A DNA stretch of 64,000 nucleotides from an uncultured Candidatus Saccharibacteria bacterium (lineage in GTDB: Bacteria > Patescibacteriota > Minisyncoccia > Phycocordibacterales > PALSA-1337). Both the position numbers and the translations under genes were made by a program. Every line of letters begins with the position of its first letter. Within the stretch, counting starts at the first letter, position 1. Positions 56,950-64,000 of this stretch are shown here, piece after piece. The notes under the pieces were generated by a model. The model did not search any database, was not told where the DNA came from, and saw only the letters and a program-made list of their open reading frames with translations. The stretch lies in NCBI GenBank assembly GCA_964357605.1, contig CAYHLX010000001.1, forward strand, positions 5,159 through 69,158, written 5' to 3'.

Positions 56950-57363
56950 ATGAATACTGCTCTTCTCGGTCGAAGGCTTGTTGAAAGACAGCCTTCCTTA
57001 ACTCGTCCGATCGATCCACCTCGCTCCAGTCGTGAGTGTGGATGTCAGGGCAACTGTCACGAAAGTTGTCATCACGCTCCAAGCGAAGCAGATCCAAATG
57101 TTACTGATGCGCAGTTGGAACTCATTGCCACTGAAGCCTTTCTTCAGGAAGGACTTATCGAAGGTCACGGTGGGTGTTGTGGAGACGATCCAGACATCTG
57201 CCACTGTCAATGCAGTTTCCATGTCCCGGGATCAATGATGGAGCACGTTAGCCCTTGCTGCGAGAGGTCTCCTTGCGGTTTGGACATCAAGGTTCACGCG
57301 TTGGAAATGCACATCGCTGGTTGCAATCGCTGCAAAGAAATCGCCCAGGAAAATGCGAGGTAA
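56950..57363 (+). CDS. Hypothetical Cys/His-rich protein in a GC-rich islet
   Basis: 'CGCQGNCHESCHH', 'GGCCGDDPDICHCQCSFH', 'CCERSPCG' and 'CNRC'. Local GC is clearly above the flanking genes. No homology recognised. Confidence 0.35.
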   Translation: MNTALLGRRLVERQPSLTRPIDPPRSSRECGCQGNCHESCHHAPSEADPNVTDAQLELIATEAFLQEGLIEGHGGCCGDDPDICHCQCSFHVPGSMMEHVSPCCERSPCGLDIKVHALEMHIAGCNRCKEIAQENAR

Positions 57364-57367
57364 GTTT

Positions 57368-57601
57368 ATGGCCACATTTGACAACATGAGCTTGGCGCTC
57401 CAAATGTCTGCTACAGCCAGATCGCACCTCAATTCCGTTTACCATGGCGGAATGTGGTTTACCCAAGCGTCTAACAGCTTTCCACAAGTTCCTTGTGGAG
57501 CTACAGTGGCGCTAACCGAGGTGGAAGCCCACCTCAGAAAATGTAAACTCTGCCAACTCAAACTTTCTGCGGAGGTCATGCAGAAATTCAAGAAAATTTA
57601 A
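57368..57601 (+). CDS. Hypothetical small protein (second gene of the GC-rich islet)
   Basis: ATG 57368 is preceded by gcgagg (Shine-Dalgarno). 'MATFDNMSLALQ...CGATVALTEVEAHLRKCKLCQLK'. The ORF track gives 57353 as the start. Confidence 0.3.
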   Translation: MATFDNMSLALQMSATARSHLNSVYHGGMWFTQASNSFPQVPCGATVALTEVEAHLRKCKLCQLKLSAEVMQKFKKI

Positions 57602-57627
57602 CCCCTAAGTTTTGGGGTCACGCGAAC

Positions 57628-57662
57628 GAGCCCAGCTCCACAGCTGGCTCTTTCTTTTTTAT
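57628..57662 (+). terminator. Rho-independent terminator
   Basis: gagcccagctccacagctggctc followed by tttcttttttat. It is preceded by a second small hairpin, acccctaagttttggggt. Confidence 0.55.
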
Positions 57663-57676
57663 GGTAAAATATTCCC

Positions 57677-59896
57677 ATGTATCTCAAATCACTGGAGATT
57701 GGAGGATTCAAGTCATTCGCCAAGAAAGCGACACTCAACTTCACCTCACCCATATCAGCCATCGTCGGTCCCAACGGATCGGGCAAATCCAACGTGGCCG
57801 AAGGATTTAGATTTGTCCTTGGCGAGCAGTCTATAAAAAGTATGAGAGGAAAGAGGGGAGAAGATCTCATTTTTAATGGAGGAGGGGAAGGATCTAGGGT
57901 AAATAGAGCCAGTGTCAAAGTTATTTTTGATAATAGCAAAAGGATGCTCAATGTAGACTTTGATGAAGTGACTCTGGAACGTGTCGTGCATCGCGACAAC
58001 AGCAACGAATACTTTATCAACGGCTCACCAGTGAGGCTCAAAGACATTGTGGAGTTACTCGCCGGAGCTCATATCGGGGCTTCCGGACACCATATTATTT
58101 CACAGGGAGAGGCCGACAGAATTCTCAATGCCAATATCAAAGAAAGAAGAGAAATGATAGAAGATGCTCTGGGACTTAAAATCTATCAATACAAAAAAAT
58201 AGAGAGTCAAAGAAAATTGGAAAAGACGGAGGAAAATATGAAATCCGTAGAGTCCTTAAGAAGAGAGATTGCCCCACACCTAAAATTTCTAAAAAAACAG
58301 GTAGAGAAGGTGGAAAAAGTTCAAGAGCTTCGCGAGGAACTTAGAAAGTTATATAAAGAATATTTAAAACGTGAAGAAAATCATGTTCTTTTGGAAAGAA
58401 AAAATATCAATGATGAAAAGGAGCCAATTTTAAAAGAACTTTCAGAACTTGATCGGGACATCGCCGAGGCCAGAAAAATCCTAGAAGGCTCAAAGAATAG
58501 AGATGCCAAAAGTGATGAGCTCATAAATCTAGAATCAGCCTTGCAGGAAATTCGTACCAAAAAGGATGCCCTGATGAGAGAATTGGGAAAAATAGAAGGG
58601 GAGATTTCGGCGGGGTTACGGGTTATTTTCAAAGAAAAAGAGAAACAGACTAAAGATGAGTTCAAGACGGTCTATCTCAAAGATGTTGAAGAAATAGCGC
58701 ACAAGATTGATCTCATTGAGACGATTTCGGAAATTAAGAAATTACTTTTTAGTTTCATTTCTCTTCATAAAAATAAGGAAAATTCTGTTTTAGTGGCAGA
58801 AACAGAAAAGGATTTGGCTAGTCTCAAAACAAAAAAATCAGATCTTGAATTATCTCTTAAAAAATCAGAAGGACAAGAAGGGAGCATTACTCTTGAATAC
58901 AATCAACTCCGGGTTAGAATTGAAAAAGAGAAAGATTCTGATCGGGATGCCGAAAAGAATGTCTTTCGTATTATTGCCAGACAAAATGAATTGAGAGGTA
59001 TCTTGAATGGGGTCAAGACCAGAGAAGATAAACTGATCATTGATGAACAGGCTTTGAAACACGAGATAGATGAGGCCTATTCCATGGTGGGGAGAGAGAT
59101 TATGGAATACAAGGATCTAGTCATAACTCACGAGGGAGATTCTCGTTATGATCAAATAGATAGGTATAAGGCCATCGAGAAGATCAAGATTAGAATAGAA
59201 GATTCAGGAGCGGGAAATGGTAGTGAAATCTTGAAAGAATATAAAGAGGTTGAGGAAAGGGATGGTTTTCTTGGTCGTGAACTAACAGATCTAGAAAATT
59301 CTAAAAAGTCTTTGAGCGATTTGATCGCTGATTTGGAAGCGCGGATTGATGTAGAGTTTAAGGAAGGAATTCTCAAAATCAATGCTCAATTCCAAGAATT
59401 TTTCTCGCTCATGTTTGGTGGTGGTTCGGCCTCTTTGAATGTCATTCGGGAAAAGAAAAGAAAGAAGAGATTGGATACTGATCTACCGACAGAGGATGAT
59501 GAAGAGCTTATGAATACAAAAGAAGAAGAGGAGGAAGGAGAAGAGGGTATAGAAATCAATGTGAACTTACCACGTAAAAAGGTAAAAGGTTTGATGATGC
59601 TTTCTGGTGGAGAAAGAGCGCTGACATCCATTGCTCTCCTTTTTGCCATTTCTCAAGTCAATCCTCCTCCTTTTATCATTCTTGATGAAACAGATGCGGC
59701 TCTAGATGAAGCTAACTCTCGCAAGTATGGCGACATGATTGCCAATCTTTCAAAGTATTCCCAACTAATTCTCATTACTCATAATCGGGAAACCATGTCA
59801 CGAGCGGGAGTGCTTTATGGAGTGACCATGGGTTCCGATGGGGCTTCCAAACTGCTTTCTATCCAGTTTGATGATGCAGTGAAGGTAGCGAAGTAA
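57677..59896 (+). CDS. SMC-family ATPase, short (739 aa) form without an obvious hinge domain
   Basis: N-terminal 'LEIGGFKSFAKKATLNFTSPISAIVGPNGSGKSNV' (Walker A). C-terminal 'LSGGERALTSIALLFAISQVNPPPFIILDETDAALD' (signature + Walker B/D-loop). About 450 aa of coiled coil lies between them, but there is no GGx-rich hinge. Confidence 0.8.
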   Translation: MYLKSLEIGGFKSFAKKATLNFTSPISAIVGPNGSGKSNVAEGFRFVLGEQSIKSMRGKRGEDLIFNGGGEGSRVNRASVKVIFDNSKRMLNVDFDEVTLERVVHRDNSNEYFINGSPVRLKDIVELLAGAHIGASGHHIISQGEADRILNANIKERREMIEDALGLKIYQYKKIESQRKLEKTEENMKSVESLRREIAPHLKFLKKQVEKVEKVQELREELRKLYKEYLKREENHVLLERKNINDEKEPILKELSELDRDIAEARKILEGSKNRDAKSDELINLESALQEIRTKKDALMRELGKIEGEISAGLRVIFKEKEKQTKDEFKTVYLKDVEEIAHKIDLIETISEIKKLLFSFISLHKNKENSVLVAETEKDLASLKTKKSDLELSLKKSEGQEGSITLEYNQLRVRIEKEKDSDRDAEKNVFRIIARQNELRGILNGVKTREDKLIIDEQALKHEIDEAYSMVGREIMEYKDLVITHEGDSRYDQIDRYKAIEKIKIRIEDSGAGNGSEILKEYKEVEERDGFLGRELTDLENSKKSLSDLIADLEARIDVEFKEGILKINAQFQEFFSLMFGGGSASLNVIREKKRKKRLDTDLPTEDDEELMNTKEEEEEGEEGIEINVNLPRKKVKGLMMLSGGERALTSIALLFAISQVNPPPFIILDETDAALDEANSRKYGDMIANLSKYSQLILITHNRETMSRAGVLYGVTMGSDGASKLLSIQFDDAVKVAK

Positions 59897-59899
59897 GAC

Positions 59900-61837
59900 T
59901 TAGGCCAAAGAATAGTCCAAAGTTTTTCTATCTAGATCGGCTCCGACTACTTTAAACTTGATGCTATCCCCAAGGGTAAACTTTTGTTTGGTTTTTTGCC
60001 CGATGATGGAGTAAGTCTTTTTGTTAAATTCGTAAAAGTCATTGCCAAGATCTCTGATTTTGATCATCCCTTCTGATCTAGTTTCTTTTTCTTCCACATA
60101 GAGACCCCATTCGGTGACGCCAGAGATAGATCCTTCAAATATTTGACCGACTTTATCTGACATGTATTCTACTTGTTTGAGCTTCTTTGATTCACGTTCA
60201 GCACCAGCCGCATCTATTTCTCTAGCGGTGGACTGTTCCGCAACTTTCTGGAACTGGTTGATCTCGGTATCTCTAAAAGGTTCGTGATGCAAATGTCTCT
60301 GGAGAATTCTCTGCACTAGTAGATCGGGATAACGTCTGATAGGGGAAGTAAAGTGAGTGTAGTAGTCAAAAGCTAGGCCAAAGTGCCCAACATTTTTTGT
60401 AGAGTAAACGGCTTTTTGCATGGAGCGTATCACCGCCGTACTAATGAGCGTTTCGTGAGGTGTGCCCTCTATCTGTCTAAGGAGACTTTTGATTTCATGA
60501 GCGGTCACGGTACCTTCCTTGGTTTTTAGACTATAACCAAGAGCTTTGACGAAGGTAGAGAGATCAGACATCCTCTCTTTGTCCGGTAGGTCATGGATAC
60601 GGTAGATTGAACCGGTATCTTTCTTACCTTTTTTCTGGATGGAATCATAGATGAACTTGGCCACCTCTCTGTTGGCGAGAAGCATGTATTCCTCTACTAG
60701 TTTGTGGGTGTCTAAGCGCTCTTTTTTATAAACTCCGATTGGCTTACCATTTTCATCTAGTTTGAATTTTATTTCATCTTGTTCAAACTCTATCGCTCCT
60801 TTGCTAAACTTATCCTTCTGTAGAATTTTGGCAATCTTGTTGAGAATATTTAATTCTTGGTAATATGATCCAGACTTTGTATCGAGAGACTCCTGAGCAT
60901 TTTCATAGGTGAATCGGTGAGAGGAGTTGATAATGCTTTTTCCGAACCATCTGTCAGAAATATGACCTTTCTCATTTATGACAAAAACGGCGGAGAAGGA
61001 AAGTTTGTCTTCATTGGGATTGAGACTACAGACATCGTTGGAGAGGACTTCTGGAAGCATGGGAATAGTTCGGTCTACGAGGTAGATGGAACAACCTCTT
61101 TTTAAGGCTTCTTTGTCTAGAGAGGTTCCTTCTTTGACATAGTGAGAGACATCGGCAATGTGGACGCCGATTTCATAGGTGCCATTGTTTAAATCTTTAA
61201 AAGAGATGGCGTCGTCAAAGTCTTTGGCATCAAAAGGGTCAATGGTGAGAGTTAGAGTTTCTCTAAAATCTTTTCTTTTGGGGATTTCCGCTTCTATATC
61301 CGTAATTTTGTTTTCCTCTATCTCATCAGCTTCTTTTTCCACTTCAGGAGGGAAGCGAGTATCAAAACCTCTTTCTAGAACGATAGATTCCATTTCGGCA
61401 TTATTGTTGCCTTTTTTACCAATCACTCGGAGAATAGTTCCTTCTGGATTTTTGTTGGCGTCGGTCCAGGTGGCTATTTTGAACTGTACTTTGTCCCCAG
61501 CACTGATTTTTGAAGATTCAGAAGAGGGAAGCATCACATCAACGTACATTTTTTTGTCATCAGGAATAATGCCAAATTTTCCATCTCTCTCTTCTACGGT
61601 TCCCACAAATGTTTCTCGGGCACGTTTGACGACGGTGAGGACCTCCCCCCTTTTTTCTTTTCCGTCATGCACTAGTATTTCCACCTCGTCTCCATTCAAG
61701 GCAAAGTTGAGTTTATCTGACTCTATGACGATATCGTTCTCTTCATCCTTAGGATCAGCGACAAAGCCCATCCCTTTGCGAATGGTCGTGATGGTGCCTA
61801 TGATTTTCCGGTTTTTCACTCGAATACTATACCTCAT
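59900..61837 (-). CDS. rnr: Ribonuclease R / RNase II-family exoribonuclease
   Basis: Cold-shock/OB N-terminus 'GTITTIRKGMGFVADP'. RNB domain 'DFDDAISF...GVHIADVSHYV' and 'SPIRRYPDLLVQRIL'. C-terminal S1 domain. Start set to ATG 61837; the track ORF uses a GTG at 61876. Confidence 0.85.
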   Translation of the reverse strand: MRYSIRVKNRKIIGTITTIRKGMGFVADPKDEENDIVIESDKLNFALNGDEVEILVHDGKEKRGEVLTVVKRARETFVGTVEERDGKFGIIPDDKKMYVDVMLPSSESSKISAGDKVQFKIATWTDANKNPEGTILRVIGKKGNNNAEMESIVLERGFDTRFPPEVEKEADEIEENKITDIEAEIPKRKDFRETLTLTIDPFDAKDFDDAISFKDLNNGTYEIGVHIADVSHYVKEGTSLDKEALKRGCSIYLVDRTIPMLPEVLSNDVCSLNPNEDKLSFSAVFVINEKGHISDRWFGKSIINSSHRFTYENAQESLDTKSGSYYQELNILNKIAKILQKDKFSKGAIEFEQDEIKFKLDENGKPIGVYKKERLDTHKLVEEYMLLANREVAKFIYDSIQKKGKKDTGSIYRIHDLPDKERMSDLSTFVKALGYSLKTKEGTVTAHEIKSLLRQIEGTPHETLISTAVIRSMQKAVYSTKNVGHFGLAFDYYTHFTSPIRRYPDLLVQRILQRHLHHEPFRDTEINQFQKVAEQSTAREIDAAGAERESKKLKQVEYMSDKVGQIFEGSISGVTEWGLYVEEKETRSEGMIKIRDLGNDFYEFNKKTYSIIGQKTKQKFTLGDSIKFKVVGADLDRKTLDYSLA

Positions 61838-61876
61838 ATTGCCTTTTTTTGACAAGTCTGGTACTATGTCCCCCAC

Positions 61877-62227
61877 ATGTTAATGATTAGATTACAACGA
61901 GTAGGCAGGAAGCACGAACCGGTTTTTCGCCTGGTTTTGACTGATTCAAAGAACGGACCTAAGAGTGGAAAATATCTTGAAGTTCTAGGATCCTATGATC
62001 CTCGCCGAGAGAATAAAATCGAGCAATTTAAAGTTGAAGAAATAAAGCATTGGATAAGTAAGGGAGCTAAACTCTCTGACACCGTCCACAATTTTCTCCT
62101 GACCAAGAAGGTGATTGCGGGAAAGAAGATCAATGCTCTACCAAAGAAAAAACCTATCGTCAAACCAGCAGATCCCACAGTGGCTCCAAAAGCAGAAGTG
62201 AAAGCTGAACCAGCTCCAGCGGCCTAA
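61877..62227 (+). CDS. rpsP: 30S ribosomal protein S16
   Basis: 'MLMIRLQRVGRKHEPVFRLVLTDSKNGPKSGKYLEVLGSYDP'. Confidence 0.9.
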   Translation: MLMIRLQRVGRKHEPVFRLVLTDSKNGPKSGKYLEVLGSYDPRRENKIEQFKVEEIKHWISKGAKLSDTVHNFLLTKKVIAGKKINALPKKKPIVKPADPTVAPKAEVKAEPAPAA

Positions 62228-62315
62228 ACTCTACTGTGTACAACCTCGTTTGACGCTATCTTACTGTAAGTTACAATTATACCGTACCCCGTTATCAGAT
62301 TAAACGAATGAAAAT

Positions 62316-62627
62316 ATGAATCAAGACCAGCAATTTTTGGAATACGTTATCAAAGCCCTTGTTGACAATCCTAACGATGTAAAAATCTCTAGAACTGTTG
62401 ATGAAATGGGTGTGCTCATGACCCTTGAGGTCCATGCTTTGGATATGGGAAAGGTGATCGGTCGTTCAGGAAACACCGCCAAAGCGATCCGCACTCTGCT
62501 CCGTGTTGTTGGGATGAAGAATAACTCTCGAGTGAATTTGAAGATCAATGAACCAGAAGGAGGTATGAAGCCAGTAGAGAAAGCTTCAAAGACGGTAGAT
62601 GAAGCCATGGCGGATTTGAAGATATAG
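62316..62627 (+). CDS. KH-domain RNA-binding protein (YlqC/KhpA-like)
   Basis: 'VIGRSGNTAKAIRTLL' is a KH GXXG loop (GRSG). It has the conserved position between rpsP and trmD. Confidence 0.8.
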   Translation: MNQDQQFLEYVIKALVDNPNDVKISRTVDEMGVLMTLEVHALDMGKVIGRSGNTAKAIRTLLRVVGMKNNSRVNLKINEPEGGMKPVEKASKTVDEAMADLKI

Positions 62628-62685
62628 AACATAGTCTAGCTAAGATTGAAAAAGTGTGGTAATGTAATGCCACCCTTTTTCATTT

Positions 62686-63330
62686 ATGACCTACCACATC
62701 ATCAGTCTTTTTCCCCAGTCTCTGGATTCATACCTCAATGAGTCTATTTTAAAGCGTGCTATAGAAGACAAGAAGATCAAAGTTAAGTTCTACAACCCGC
62801 GAGATTTCACTAAGGGCACAAGTTATGCTGAACGTAGAGTTGACGATAAGCCTTATGGTGGAGGTCCGGGAATGGTGATAGAAGCCTTACCAGTAATGAA
62901 GGCGATTGCCAAGGCCAAAGGAAAGAAGAATGCCAAAATCATTTGGCTCGTTCCATCTGGAAAACAGTTTGATACGGCGTATGCCAAAGATCTAGCCAAG
63001 AAACACAAAGATATTATTATCGTTTGTGGAAGATATGAGGGAATAGACGCGCGGGTCAAAAAAGCTTTTAAGGTAGAAGAAATCTCTGTTGGACCATTTG
63101 TTTTGACTGGAGGAGAACTGCCGGCGATGATGATGATTGATGTAATTTCTCGTCAAATAGAGGGAGTCCTTGGTGACCACGCTTCTCTAGAAGAAAACAG
63201 AATCGCCTCTCCCGATGTCTATACTCGTCCAGAAGTAGTAGAATATAAGGGAAAGAAATATAAAGTACCCAAAGTACTCCTTTCAGGTAATCACAAACTT
63301 ATTGATGAGTGGAAAAAGCAACAGCGGTAA
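62686..63330 (+). CDS. trmD: tRNA (guanine37-N1)-methyltransferase
   Basis: 'ISLFPQ...YLNESILKRA', 'DDKPYGGGPGMV', 'IIVCGRYEGIDARV' and 'SVGPFVLTGGELPAMMMIDV'. Confidence 0.9.
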   Translation: MTYHIISLFPQSLDSYLNESILKRAIEDKKIKVKFYNPRDFTKGTSYAERRVDDKPYGGGPGMVIEALPVMKAIAKAKGKKNAKIIWLVPSGKQFDTAYAKDLAKKHKDIIIVCGRYEGIDARVKKAFKVEEISVGPFVLTGGELPAMMMIDVISRQIEGVLGDHASLEENRIASPDVYTRPEVVEYKGKKYKVPKVLLSGNHKLIDEWKKQQR

Positions 63331-64000
63331 GATTTTAGTAATAAGCTTAGCGATTCTGTTCGCTATCGCTGTTTATTACTCCTCCACCACAATCTCTTCT
63401 AATACAGATTTTTCTTCGCCATTCTCCTTTACCAAATCTACAGATAAATTATCTATCTTAGTTGTAGGAGACATGATGCTTGATAGGAATGTGAGAAATC
63501 TCATAAATAAAAATGGCTTTGAAGAATTTTTCTCTGGGGTTAAAGAACTGGTGAGTGGAGCAGATATAGCGGTAGCTAATCTAGAAGGACCTTTTACCCC
63601 GTATCCTTCTTTAACCGCCAGTCTGGTAAATAAAACTTTAACCTTTACCTTTGATCCCGCTCTCGCTCCGAAACTTTCTGATCTCGGTTTTGATATTCTT
63701 GGTCTAGCGAACAATCACACTTTGAATTTTGGTAGGGAAGGATTGGAAATGACTCGGGAATATGTTCGAGAAGCAGGAATGTTCTATTATGGTGATCCAA
63801 ACAATGCCACCGAACTAAGTATCATCACGGCTGAAAATGGCATCAGTGTGGGTTTTGTGGGTTTTCATGAATTTACTTATGTAAATTTTACAAAAGTGCT
63901 GGAGGAGATTGACTACCTCCGGGCTCAAGTGGATGTCGTCATCGTGACGCCGCATTGGGGAGAAGAATATCAAAGAGAACCGACAGAAAATATGAAAAAG
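63305..64000 (+). CDS. CapA-family (PGA_cap / metallophosphatase-like) protein, 3' end beyond the window
   Basis: Manual translation from ATG 63305 is open to the window end: 'MSGKSNSGKILVISLAILFAIAVYY...LSILVVGDMMLDRNV...ADIAVANLEGPF...FDILGLANNHTLNFG...VDVVIVTPHWGEEY'. Motifs DxxxDR, NLE, ANNH and HWG are typical of CapA. It overlaps the trmD 3' end by 26 nt. It is absent from the ORF track, presumably because no stop lies in the window. Confidence 0.55.
   Translation, partial: MSGKSNSGKILVISLAILFAIAVYYSSTTISSNTDFSSPFSFTKSTDKLSILVVGDMMLDRNVRNLINKNGFEEFFSGVKELVSGADIAVANLEGPFTPYPSLTASLVNKTLTFTFDPALAPKLSDLGFDILGLANNHTLNFGREGLEMTREYVREAGMFYYGDPNNATELSIITAENGISVGFVGFHEFTYVNFTKVLEEIDYLRAQVDVVIVTPHWGEEYQREPTENMKK

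Noticed and set aside
61179-61883. ORF 61179..61883 (+) and similar long antisense ORFs (for example 63376..63714, 51112..51681, 51443..51928)
   Set aside because: They are antisense to strongly supported genes (rnr, capA-like, DGR target) and have low-complexity translations.

Overview
The window comes from an AT-rich (about 40% GC) small-genome bacterium with compact housekeeping operons, fused or minimal housekeeping genes and giant cell-surface proteins. This looks most like a Candidate Phyla Radiation / Patescibacteria lineage, but that placement is inferred. Several genes end in TGA (for example 853..2367), so the standard genetic code applies, not a UGA-recoded one.

The left 26 kb is an accessory cell-surface island. 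It holds type IV pilin-like proteins fused to LamG (concanavalin A-like) domains, and a protein with a glycine-rich domain plus four LamG domains. It also holds four paralogous secreted LamG - PT-linker - beta-helix - dockerin proteins. Their dockerin-coding 3' ends are nearly identical at the DNA level. Downstream are cohesin-domain proteins: one carries peptidoglycan-binding domains, and one is a cohesin-FN3-dockerin adaptor. Together these look like a cell-wall-anchored cohesin-dockerin assembly. Embedded in the island are a frameshifted AbiEi/AbiEii toxin-antitoxin pair and an AAA+DUF4143 ATPase flanked by dockerin-end direct repeats.

The middle is housekeeping: RRM protein, LOG family protein, tgt, PfkB-family kinase, class II aldolase, 2-hydroxyacid dehydrogenase, rplY, rpmE, prfA, rpsB, tsf, tRNA-Thr, HNH endonuclease, a mitochondrial-type single-chain PheRS, gyrB, thrS and dnaE.

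At about 50.8-53.6 kb there is a complete diversity-generating retroelement (DGR). Its GC-rich target gene ends in a 106-nt variable region (VR). A GC hairpin follows, with the stop codon in its loop. There is a cognate template region (TR) whose 21 mismatches to VR all fall on TR adenines. An Avd-like four-helix-bundle gene lies antisense between the TR and the reverse transcriptase (RT); a G10 homopolymer puts its natural start out of frame. The RT is DGR-type (IGNLTSQ / YADD motifs).

Downstream are a DinD/Bro-N-like gene, rnhB, rpmF, a NusB-NUDIX fusion, rnc, a GC-rich islet with two Cys-rich small ORFs, a short hinge-less SMC-like ATPase, rnr, rpsP, a KH protein, trmD and a partial capA-like gene. 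No CRISPR array or rRNA was seen.
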